32,000 nucleotides of DNA from Candidatus Altimarinota bacterium (lineage in GTDB: Bacteria > Patescibacteriota > Gracilibacteria > UBA1369). The notes beneath the pieces were generated by a model, which was not told the DNA's origin, did not search any database, and saw nothing but the letters and a program-made list of their open reading frames with translations. Made by a program: the position numbers and the translations under genes. The DNA lies in NCBI GenBank assembly GCA_041659405.1, contig JBAZYK010000006.1, forward strand, positions 1 to 32,000, read 5' to 3'. Positions within the stretch are counted from its first letter, which is position 1; each line of letters begins with the position of its first letter. This document shows, one piece after another, positions 16,269 through 24,295 of this stretch.

Positions 16269-17951
16269 ATGAAAACCTGTCCCCAATGCAAAAACAATTT
16301 TGAAGTCACAGACCTCGATCGCGAATTCTATAAAAAAATTTCGCCAACTTTTAATGGCAAACAATTCCCGATTCCGGAACCAACCCTATGCCCAACCTGC
16401 CGACAACAACGACGCATGGCTTTCCGCAATGAACGCAATCTTTATAAACGCAAATGCGACGGCAGCGGCAAAGAAATTATCTCCATGTTTCCACCGGAAG
16501 CTCCCTACAAAATTTATTCGCAGGAAGTTTGGTGGCAAAGCAACTGGGACGGAGCCGATTATGGACGACCATACGATTCAACTAAAAGTTTTTTCGACCA
16601 GTTTAAAAAATTGACGGAAGCAACTCCAAGAATGGGGCTGGCCAACATGGACAACGAAAACAGTGAATACTGCAATTACACCGGCGACGTAAAAAACAGC
16701 TATCTTATTTTTGGCTCAGTCTACAGTGAAGATTGCTATTATGGCTCCCCTTATTATTCCAAAAATTGTGTTGATAGCCTGGTTTTAAGAGAATGCGAAC
16801 TTTGTTATGAATGCATCGACTGTCGTAAACTTTATAACTGCAAACACTGCCAGGACTGCAATAACAGCAACGATCTTTTGTACTGTTTTGACCTTCAGGG
16901 CTGCTCGGAATGCATTGGTTGCAGCGGCTTACGCAACAAAAAATACTGCATCTACAATAAACAATATTCACAGGAAGAATATCAAAAATTAAAAAACAGC
17001 CTTAACCTTTGTGATCCTCAAACTCAAAAAAAATTACAACAGGGACTTGAAGCTTTAAAGGCTGGAACTCCGCATCTTTTTATGTTGGCCACCGGCTCGG
17101 AAAACGTCACCGGAAGCCATGTTTTTAATTCCAAAAATACTTTTGAATCTTTCTTTGCCGATCGCTGCCAGGACAGTGCGTACTGCGCTCAAGTGGTGGA
17201 TTTAAAAGATTGCCGGGACAACAATTATACCGAAGAAAATGAACTTTGCTACGAATACCTGGGAATGTACTCAACTCAAAAAACCTTTTTCTCACTTTTT
17301 TGCCGACACACTTACGAGGCTTACTACTCGGAATATTGTGTGAATTGTAAGTATATTTTTGGCTGTTCAAATTTAAGAGACAAAAATTATTGCATTTTAA
17401 ATAAACAATACACCAAAGAAGAATACGAGATGCTGGTGCCAAAAATCATTGAACAAATGCAGAAGACGCCTTTCACTCCAGGAAGTTCGGTCGGACAGTG
17501 GGGGCAATTTTTCCCGATCGACCTGAGCCCTTTTGCCTTTAATGAATCAGTCGCTCAGGAATATTTTCCTTTGACCAAAGAACAGGTCATTGCCATAGGC
17601 GGAAAATGGCGAGAAGAAAACCCAAAAGAGTTCCAGCCACAACGCATTCAAATCCCCCAAAATATTAAAGATGTCCCAGACAGCATTTGTTATGAAGTTC
17701 TGGCCTGCGAAATTACCGGTCGAAATTACCGCATCATTCCACAGGAATTAGCCTTTTATCGCCGCATGAATTTGCCAATTCCGCATAAACATCCGGACCA
17801 AAGACATCGCGAAAGAATCTCCAAACGCAACCCGCGCCAGCTTTTTAAAAGAGCCTGTGACAAGTGCAAAAAAGAAATCCTCACTTCTTATCCAACAACA
17901 AATCCCGCCAAAATTTATTGCCGGGAATGTTATTTGAAAGAGTTGTATTAA
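16269..17951 (+). CDS. Cys-rich protein (560 aa, 36 Cys) with terminal zinc-ribbon-like modules and duplicated Cys-repeat core; function unknown
   Basis: CPQC...CPTC at the N-terminus and CDKC...CREC at the C-terminus. The core module ending GCSGLRNKKYCIYNKQYSQEEYQKL (~16917-16990) recurs as GCSNLRDKNYCILNKQYTKEEYEML (~17360-17435). Confidence 0.8.
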   Translation: MKTCPQCKNNFEVTDLDREFYKKISPTFNGKQFPIPEPTLCPTCRQQRRMAFRNERNLYKRKCDGSGKEIISMFPPEAPYKIYSQEVWWQSNWDGADYGRPYDSTKSFFDQFKKLTEATPRMGLANMDNENSEYCNYTGDVKNSYLIFGSVYSEDCYYGSPYYSKNCVDSLVLRECELCYECIDCRKLYNCKHCQDCNNSNDLLYCFDLQGCSECIGCSGLRNKKYCIYNKQYSQEEYQKLKNSLNLCDPQTQKKLQQGLEALKAGTPHLFMLATGSENVTGSHVFNSKNTFESFFADRCQDSAYCAQVVDLKDCRDNNYTEENELCYEYLGMYSTQKTFFSLFCRHTYEAYYSEYCVNCKYIFGCSNLRDKNYCILNKQYTKEEYEMLVPKIIEQMQKTPFTPGSSVGQWGQFFPIDLSPFAFNESVAQEYFPLTKEQVIAIGGKWREENPKEFQPQRIQIPQNIKDVPDSICYEVLACEITGRNYRIIPQELAFYRRMNLPIPHKHPDQRHRERISKRNPRQLFKRACDKCKKEILTSYPTTNPAKIYCRECYLKELY

Positions 17952-17959
17952 GCCCCATT

Positions 17960-19585
17960 TCACGCATCCACGAACGTCAGCGCGATGCCTTTTTGTTCGG
18001 CACGGCCGGTACGACCAATACGATGAACATAATCATCATAAGTGGCTGGAAGATCAAAGTTGATCACATGACTAACATTTGGAATATCAAGTCCACGAGC
18101 CACAACATCGGTCGCCACCAAAATCTTCACCTTATTGTTTTTGAAAAGATTCAAAGCTACCTGACGTCCGGACTGGGTTTTATCACCATGAATTGAAGCC
18201 ACCTGAAAGCCTTTTTGTACCAAAGACCCGGTAAGACGTTCAACTCCACGTTTAGTTCGACCAAAAATCAACACTTTTTCAAATTGTTGTTGTCTTAAAA
18301 GTTCATCCAAAACGTCCAATTTATTCCTGTTCCTGGGAATTTTAACCACATCTTGTTCAACATTTGCTGCCGTTTCCTGCATCTTCACAGAAACCGTAAT
18401 CGGATTTAGTAAGAAAGTCTGAATAAGTTTGTTAATTTCAGGAGAAATAGTCGCAGAGAAGAACAAAGACTGACGAATCTTAGGCAAAAGATGCATAATG
18501 AAATTCATGTCAGGCAAAAATCCCATATCCAACATACGATCGGCTTCATCAATCACCACATTCTGAAATTGGCTAAGATTAAGCACTTTTCTGGTGATAA
18601 GATCCTTGATACGACCGGGAGTTCCGATCACGAAATTAGTTGGTTTACGTAAAGATGAAATCTGAATACCAATGCTCGATCCACCAATACAGGCAACCGA
18701 ATAAAGACCGGTACCAATGGCAAAACTCACAAATTCCGCATTAATTTGCAGAGCAAGTTCACGTGTTGGCGCAACAATCAAAACCTTCTGTGTACGATTA
18801 TTGATAATTTTATGTAGCAAAGGCAGCAAGAAAGCAGCCGTTTTACCCGTTCCGGTATTGGCAATCCCCACTAAATCTTTTTGTTCAAGAATGTGAGGAA
18901 TAGATTCATCCTGAATCGGAGTTGGCTGAACGTAGCCTTTCTTAACAATATTGGCTTTAATTTTTGGATCAAAAGGAAAATCCGCAAATTTATTCTTTGC
19001 CACAAATTCCGGAGCCTTTTCCACAATTTCGGACTTCTTCACAAAACGGGCAGCATCAATACGTTCAAATGCTCTTCCCAAAACTTTTTTAGCTTTTGAA
19101 TTTCGACCACCACCAAACGCACGTGATGAAGATGAACGGGACGAAGATGAGCCGGAAGATCGACCATATGGTCTGGATGAACCGGAATCTCTATATGGAC
19201 GAAGAGAACTTGAGCCTGCAAATGACCTTGAAGAGCCTTCGGATGAGCGCGCAAATGGGCGAGCTGAACCGGACCCTACAAATGATCTGGCCGGACGAGC
19301 TTCAGACGATTGTCCCTGGCTTGAAGCTTCCCCCTGGCTTGCAGATCTGTATGAATGAGCAGGTCTGGCTGAGTATTCTGAGCGAGCCGGACGAGCTGAG
19401 TGCTCAAAACGGGCTGGACGCGCAGAATTAGATGATGTGTGCTCTGAACGAGCTGAATGAGTAGAATGAGACGAATTTGCTGAAGGTTGAGCTGGTTTTG
19501 CTTCCGCAGATGCCAGTCTTGCAAATCTTCCGGAAAACTTTGAATTTCCGCTTCCGCTACCTCTACTAAATGATTTCTTAAACAT
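17960..19585 (-). CDS. DEAD-box ATP-dependent RNA helicase with ~170-aa N-terminal low-complexity extension
   Basis: Q motif GYVQPTPIQ, motif I ANTGTGKTAAF, Ia PTRELA, Ib TPGR, II VIDEADRML, III FSAT, plus ARGLD and HRIGRTGR. The protein ends right after the core. Confidence 0.9.
   Translation of the reverse strand: MFKKSFSRGSGSGNSKFSGRFARLASAEAKPAQPSANSSHSTHSARSEHTSSNSARPARFEHSARPARSEYSARPAHSYRSASQGEASSQGQSSEARPARSFVGSGSARPFARSSEGSSRSFAGSSSLRPYRDSGSSRPYGRSSGSSSSRSSSSRAFGGGRNSKAKKVLGRAFERIDAARFVKKSEIVEKAPEFVAKNKFADFPFDPKIKANIVKKGYVQPTPIQDESIPHILEQKDLVGIANTGTGKTAAFLLPLLHKIINNRTQKVLIVAPTRELALQINAEFVSFAIGTGLYSVACIGGSSIGIQISSLRKPTNFVIGTPGRIKDLITRKVLNLSQFQNVVIDEADRMLDMGFLPDMNFIMHLLPKIRQSLFFSATISPEINKLIQTFLLNPITVSVKMQETAANVEQDVVKIPRNRNKLDVLDELLRQQQFEKVLIFGRTKRGVERLTGSLVQKGFQVASIHGDKTQSGRQVALNLFKNNKVKILVATDVVARGLDIPNVSHVINFDLPATYDDYVHRIGRTGRAEQKGIALTFVDA
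19346..19426 (-). repeat. Three tandem 27-nt (9-aa) repeats inside the helicase N-terminal tail
   Basis: The region encodes SARPARFEH / SARPARSEY / SARPAHSYR (aa 54-80). Further degenerate ARPA(R) units follow. Confidence 0.8.
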
Positions 19586-19611
19586 AAATTTTGTTAAATT
19601 GGTTGACTTAA

Positions 19612-19640
19612 AATGTATAACAAATAACCAAACTTGTCAA
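19612..19640 (-). promoter_or_regulatory. Candidate sigma-70-type promoter of the helicase gene
   Basis: Minus strand: TTGACA (19635-19640), a 17-nt spacer, then TACATT (19612-19617). The -10 ends 26 nt upstream of the ATG at 19585. Confidence 0.4.
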
Positions 19641-19730
19641 CACTTTAATTTATGGGCGGCTAAAAGCCATTTTCAGGATTACGCCCTCGCCTAAAAAGAC
19701 CAAGCGTTTCAAATTAAAAAGTTCAGATAT

Positions 19731-20321
19731 TTAAAGTTGAGCCGTTTTTGGATCTACTTTTACAGCAAAAAGCACTTTGCCATTTTGATCACGAATTCGG
19801 ACCTCAGTATCTTTAACATAAATCAAAGATCTACCCGGCACGTCATTTTTTAGACTGCCAGACAAAAATTGTTGACCGTTAGAAGTAATTGGCTGAGACG
19901 CAATCTCAAATCCAGGATATGTACTTCCTCCATCTTCGGTCACATCACCCAAAATGACCAATTCTAGCGGCCCACCACAGGAATCTTTTATTTCCTGAGT
20001 GAGACCCGAAACATCACAATCCAAAGTAATTCTAGTTCCTTTAACCGCATCTCCCAGATCTTCGCTTTCCATTTTAAATTCATTAAATGTCAATTTAAGA
20101 TTTGATTTCTTTTCAGCTGTTTGACACGCATTATCTTCATAAACATCAGAATTGGCTGCAGGACCGCAAGCTGCCGCCGCCATTGAAGTTGCCGCAGCAA
20201 TTGCCGTTACTGCTTTTCTTAAACGGGAAGGTCCACGCAGCACAGCGGAAGGACGCAATGATGGTCCTGACGATGTTGCAGCACGTGGCGAATCCGAAGA
20301 CTTTGGTGTGTTTTCCGACAT
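19731..20321 (-). CDS. Hypothetical secreted protein, candidate lipoprotein
   Basis: RLRKAVTAIAAATSMAAAAC-GP resembles a signal peptide with a lipobox Cys. The ATG ORF carries about 35 S/P/R-rich residues in front of it. An in-frame GTG at 20241-20243 (VLRGPSRLRK...) would give a conventional-length signal peptide. Confidence 0.5.
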   Translation of the reverse strand: MSENTPKSSDSPRAATSSGPSLRPSAVLRGPSRLRKAVTAIAAATSMAAAACGPAANSDVYEDNACQTAEKKSNLKLTFNEFKMESEDLGDAVKGTRITLDCDVSGLTQEIKDSCGGPLELVILGDVTEDGGSTYPGFEIASQPITSNGQQFLSGSLKNDVPGRSLIYVKDTEVRIRDQNGKVLFAVKVDPKTAQL

Positions 20322-20549
20322 AAAATACGAATTAAAGGCAAATACATTGTACCATATTTTACCAATTAATCAAATCGGCAAAAACAACATATTGTTCAAG
20401 TAACTAAACTGCACATAGCAAAAAGCATTACAAAAAGGAGCCCCATCTTTATGACGAGGCCCCTCAAATTTTTATTTTCTTTGATTTTTCAACCGAATTT
20501 AGCGCAAAAACCTTTTACTCATTTGAACTCGCGTCCCAGCGCCCGCCCC

Positions 20550-22133
20550 CTAAAACTCGCTCCAAATCAGCTGATTACTGACTTCATGATGATACAAAAC
20601 CTCACCGCATTTTACGCGTGTACCAAGAAGCCTTGGGCTTCTATCGGCCACTGCGCGCTTTAAATCGGCATATTTTTGGTGATTGTGCTTGCCCAACATG
20701 TTCATCATGTATTCGCTTTCCGCAAAATACTCAATCGCCGCGTAAATATCACCGGGCAGCTTTTCCGCAACTTTTCCTGCCCCCGCAGTTCCCGCCGCCC
20801 CAAAAACTTTCTCCTCCATTTTCTTAAGTTCACTCGCCGAAGCTTCCATTCCACTCAATCCAACTTTAATCAAAGTATAAAGCCACAAATATGGATTTGA
20901 ATCCGGCGCAACCGTTCTTACCTCCAAACGTGCACTTTTTTCATTTCCGATTGGAACACGCACCATAGAGCCACGATCCGTTGCCGAAATTTTGATCTCA
21001 TTTGGAGCTTCATAGTGCGGATCAAGACGGCGATACGCATTCACGCTGGAATTCATGGTCAAACAAAGCTCATTGGCATGATACAAAACGCCAGTCGCAA
21101 ACTTATACGCCATTTCCGAAAGACTATGCTTACCGTTGGCATCAAAAAACAAATTCTTGCCATCTTTAGACAAAGAAATATTGGTGTGCATTCCACTGCC
21201 ATTAATCCCCTGCACCGGTTTTGGCAGGAAACAAGCGGTTAAACCCATCGTACTTGCCACCTGACGAGCCAACAATTTATAAAGCTGAATCTGATCCGCC
21301 GCATCAAGCGCAATGGAATAACGGAAATTCAATTCAAACTGCGCCGGCGCAACTTCCGGATGATCTTTTTCATTTTGAAAACCCAGCGCGCGCTGAACTT
21401 CCGCGAATTTATCAATAAATTTACGCAAAACATCCTGAGGAAGTGAGCTAAAATATCCACTGGAAGTCACAAGTTCAAATCCAACCTTTTCATCATAAGT
21501 CTGTTCAGCCTTAAAACCTTTAAACAAAAATCCTTCAATTTCCGGAGCAACATTGATCTTCATCCCTTTTGCCGTAAGCTCATCAGACAAACTGGCAAGA
21601 CGTGCCCTAAAATCGCCATCATACAAACTTCCATCTTTATCACAAACATTCGCAAAAATTAAAACTTTCCCCAAACCAAACAGATCTGAAGGAGCATAAC
21701 GAAAACTCGTCCAATCAATGCGCAGTCTTAAATCCGATTCTTTTTGAGCCGTAAACCCACGAATCGAAGATCCATCAAAAGTCAGATTATCCTCGGAATC
21801 AATCAAAAAATCTTTATCATAATCAAGCGCATGCAAACGCCCTTCCATATCCGAAAAGAAAACCGTAACAGCCTTAATCCCCTTTTCTTTTTTTAAAAGA
21901 TCCAAAAAGTATGATCGAAGTTCGTCGCTTGTATTACCCTCAACTCGCCAATGTTTTATCTCCAGATTTTTTTCTTCCAAGTCCAGATAACTCAAATCCA
22001 GTAAATGCGCCGGTCGCACAAAATCGTAATCATAATCCCTGGCACGAGGAGTAATAGTTGAACTTCCGGAAATTTCCGCCTCTACCTTGGCCTCAGTTTT
22101 TGAAGCACTTTTTTTAAGACTTGATTCAACCAT
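20550..22133 (-). CDS. glnA: Glutamine synthetase family protein (glutamate-ammonia ligase-like)
   Basis: 527 aa with FDGSSIRGF, HPEVAPAQFELNF, KPVQGINGSGMHTNISL (ATP-binding signature), NAYRRL and RLEVRTVAPDSNPYL. It has a ~75-aa N-terminal extension with no internal Met alternative. Confidence 0.8.
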   Translation of the reverse strand: MVESSLKKSASKTEAKVEAEISGSSTITPRARDYDYDFVRPAHLLDLSYLDLEEKNLEIKHWRVEGNTSDELRSYFLDLLKKEKGIKAVTVFFSDMEGRLHALDYDKDFLIDSEDNLTFDGSSIRGFTAQKESDLRLRIDWTSFRYAPSDLFGLGKVLIFANVCDKDGSLYDGDFRARLASLSDELTAKGMKINVAPEIEGFLFKGFKAEQTYDEKVGFELVTSSGYFSSLPQDVLRKFIDKFAEVQRALGFQNEKDHPEVAPAQFELNFRYSIALDAADQIQLYKLLARQVASTMGLTACFLPKPVQGINGSGMHTNISLSKDGKNLFFDANGKHSLSEMAYKFATGVLYHANELCLTMNSSVNAYRRLDPHYEAPNEIKISATDRGSMVRVPIGNEKSARLEVRTVAPDSNPYLWLYTLIKVGLSGMEASASELKKMEEKVFGAAGTAGAGKVAEKLPGDIYAAIEYFAESEYMMNMLGKHNHQKYADLKRAVADRSPRLLGTRVKCGEVLYHHEVSNQLIWSEF

Positions 22134-22137
22134 AAGA

Positions 22138-22170
22138 GAATTAAAAATTAAGAATTAAAAATTAAGAATT
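22138..22170. repeat. 14-nt direct repeat, about 2.4 copies, abutting the GS start codon
   Basis: The plus strand reads gaattaaaaattaa | gaattaaaaattaa | gaatt. In the sense of the GS gene this is TTAATTTTTAATTC x2, ending 4 nt before the ATG. Confidence 0.7.
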
Positions 22171-22386
22171 TACTTTCTTAACATCAACAAAATACTTAGC
22201 GGGAAAAATAATGCAAACAAAAAAAAATAGCCCAAAAATGGCTTGTCTAAAAGAAGAACAAACCAACACTTGGCGACAATTTCAAAAAAAACACGCTTCT
22301 ACCCCGCGCATTGTCGAAAAAACCAACAACATAAAACCAAACCCCTCGCAACAAAAAAAACAAACTGTGTTATTTAGTTGGCAACT

Positions 22387-22899
22387 TCAATTCACACCCA
22401 AATTTCCAGCTGATTTATCAACGAATTTAATTGGTTTATCCGCTTGAGATTGTAAATAATCAAAAGATTCCAGCCGTCCTCCATCGCTGCAGTGTTCGTC
22501 TATTGCTTCCACGATTTCCCCAATAGCTTCAATCACAACCGCTTCATCGTTTTGCACTTCTCTATTGAAATTTGGATTATAACTTCTATTGAAAGACTTA
22601 TGATCAACCAGCGACAAACTAACTGTCCCGTCTTCATTATTGGTTATTCCAATTGAAACGCTATAACATTTTGCCTTCCTATCTTCCAGGAGTAATACCT
22701 TTGAACAAGAAATCCATATTTGCTCCCGATCAAGCCCGTTTTTCGGATGATATGTCGGCCTTACCTCTACACGAACACCATCTGCATTAGTCCATTCTGT
22801 ATCAACTACAGCAATATCACTTCGCGCTTCCAAAGCGCTAACTACAGATGGCAGTAACTGTTCGAATTGCCCAAGCTCAGGGTTTTCTTCAAGTAGCAT
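22387..22899 (-). CDS. Hypothetical protein (170 aa)
   Basis: Clean ORF 18 nt downstream of the 57-aa ORF. No recognisable motifs. Confidence 0.55.
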   Translation of the reverse strand: MLLEENPELGQFEQLLPSVVSALEARSDIAVVDTEWTNADGVRVEVRPTYHPKNGLDREQIWISCSKVLLLEDRKAKCYSVSIGITNNEDGTVSLSLVDHKSFNRSYNPNFNREVQNDEAVVIEAIGEIVEAIDEHCSDGGRLESFDYLQSQADKPIKFVDKSAGNLGVN

Positions 22900-22917
22900 A
22901 ACGTAGGTGACTTAAAA

Positions 22918-23091
22918 TTAACGAGACTCTCCCGCTACGGCCAAAATTAGCGCAGCCACTGTTTTTCTTCGCTCATCCACCTCAGGTTTTGTTGCATCAG
23001 GATGAGTTCTTAACCATTCTTCATGACGCTCTAATTGTTCTACCACGGCTGACTCGGCCACTGCAGGGCCCCTTGATAAATCACGTCCCAT
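22918..23091 (-). CDS. Hypothetical small protein (57 aa, predicted helical)
   Basis: The ORF track begins at 23148. I prefer the Met at 23091 (MGRDLSRGPAVAESAVVEQLERHEEWLRTH...) because the upstream 19 residues look like AT-rich read-through. Confidence 0.4.
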   Translation of the reverse strand: MGRDLSRGPAVAESAVVEQLERHEEWLRTHPDATKPEVDERRKTVAALILAVAGESR

Positions 23092-23182
23092 AAAATATAA
23101 GTTATTAAATAACAATCTAATTATAACACTTTTTACCTTTTTGTACAACGCCGGTTTTTCAAAGTCAGTTCATCTATTACTT

Positions 23183-24187
23183 CTATGATTTCCCACTCAA
23201 AATACAAACAATGTTTCCATCAACAGAAATTTTACTAAGCGCTGCAAACACAGATGCGGAAGTTGGCCCACAGGTAAGGGCCGAATCGCTTTCAATAACG
23301 CGCATGGCATTTTCCAATTCTTCTTCCGTTATCCGCACAATCATGCCGCCGCTTTCTTTAAGTGCACGAACGACTTTTGGTGATGTAAACGCGCATCTAG
23401 CCGCAATGCCAGTTGCCTTTGTGTCTGGAATCTTATCAAGTTCTACAAAATCATATCCTTTTTCATATGCCTGATAGACGGGATCACATCCCTCAATTTC
23501 CACGCCAATCATTCTGGGAAGACGCTTCGGCTGAAGCTCCTTAAAACCTTTCCAAATGCCCGCAAGCTGCGTTCCATTTCCCACAGGGACCACTACGGCG
23601 GCAATATCGGGAATCTGGTCCGAAAGCTCATATGCAATAAACTTTGTCCCCTCCTCTGCAAAAGGATTAATGCCCGGCGTAACATTGTAATAAGGATTGG
23701 AATCGATAATTCTTTTGAAAATATCCTCGTAATCTCCTTCCTCTAAATGAACAATTGTTCCCTTCCGTTCAAAATATTCAATGGTGTCTTTTGATGTTTT
23801 TTTTGAAACAAAACAATGTAACGCAACTCCTGCCCGCGCGGCATAATGCGCTGCGGATAGTGCTCCATTACCAGCTGAAACCATACTAATTTCTTTTATA
23901 CCTTCAGCAATCACATGCCGAAAAATGCCTGCAACTTCACGATCCTTAACCGATCCGGTCGGATTGAGTGATTCATCTTTCACATACACCTTACAAGAAG
24001 CCGATGAATAAGCCGGCAAAAAATGTACCGGAGTATTTCCTTCACCATACAGAGAAAAAACGTCCTTATTACCATCAACAACCTCAAGATACGAATAATA
24101 CTGACTATGATGAGGACACGTTAGTATTCTCTCGTCACTCGGAGCGGTAAAAGAACATGTAATGCACTGCAGCCGCATAAATATCAT
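23183..24187 (-). CDS. Threonine synthase-like PLP-dependent enzyme (fold type II)
   Basis: N-terminal Cys/His cluster CITC...CPHH. NPTGSVKDRE matches the PLP-Lys motif NPTGSFKDR. Also SAGNGALSAAHYAARAGV and VVVPVGNGTQLAGIWKGF. Confidence 0.65.
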   Translation of the reverse strand: MIFMRLQCITCSFTAPSDERILTCPHHSQYYSYLEVVDGNKDVFSLYGEGNTPVHFLPAYSSASCKVYVKDESLNPTGSVKDREVAGIFRHVIAEGIKEISMVSAGNGALSAAHYAARAGVALHCFVSKKTSKDTIEYFERKGTIVHLEEGDYEDIFKRIIDSNPYYNVTPGINPFAEEGTKFIAYELSDQIPDIAAVVVPVGNGTQLAGIWKGFKELQPKRLPRMIGVEIEGCDPVYQAYEKGYDFVELDKIPDTKATGIAARCAFTSPKVVRALKESGGMIVRITEEELENAMRVIESDSALTCGPTSASVFAALSKISVDGNIVCILSGKS

Positions 24188-24212
24188 CTATTAAAAGTCA
24201 CGTCTGTTGATT

Positions 24213-24241
24213 ATTGTACGTTCCTTCTAGAATCGTGACAA
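24213..24241 (-). promoter_or_regulatory. Candidate promoter of the thrC-like gene
   Basis: Minus strand: TTGTCA (24236-24241), a 17-nt spacer, then TACAAT (24213-24218). The -10 ends 25 nt upstream of the ATG at 24187. Confidence 0.4.
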
Positions 24242-24295
24242 TGCATTGGTCAACAAAAATTATCACAAGTTGGCAAACTCAACGATTTATCCAAG

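Noticed and set aside
18881-19524. Overlapping ORFs at 18881-19099, 18951-19358, 19096-19431 (+) and 19039-19254, 19276-19524 (-)
   Set aside because: They sit in the GC-rich low-complexity region encoding the helicase N-terminal tail. The helicase frame continues into canonical DEAD-box motifs, whereas these alternatives have no motifs.
20515-20549. tRNA-like fragment (gagttcaaat resembling a T-loop) downstream of the GS gene
   Set aside because: The flanking bases do not form a T-stem (gcgag versus gagta are not complementary). No acceptor or anticodon arms can be drawn.
20451-20663. ORF 20451-20663 (+) and other plus-strand ORFs inside the GS gene (20618-21418)
   Set aside because: They are antisense to a gene with full glutamine-synthetase signatures, and their translations are low-complexity.
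22138-22170. CRISPR array
   Set aside because: There are only 2.4 directly abutting 14-nt units with no spacers and no cas genes. No other regularly spaced repeats were seen outside coding repeats.
22219-22244. Rho-independent terminator (agcc-loop-ggct followed by T9 on the minus strand)
   Set aside because: The stem is only 4 bp, which is too weak to call.
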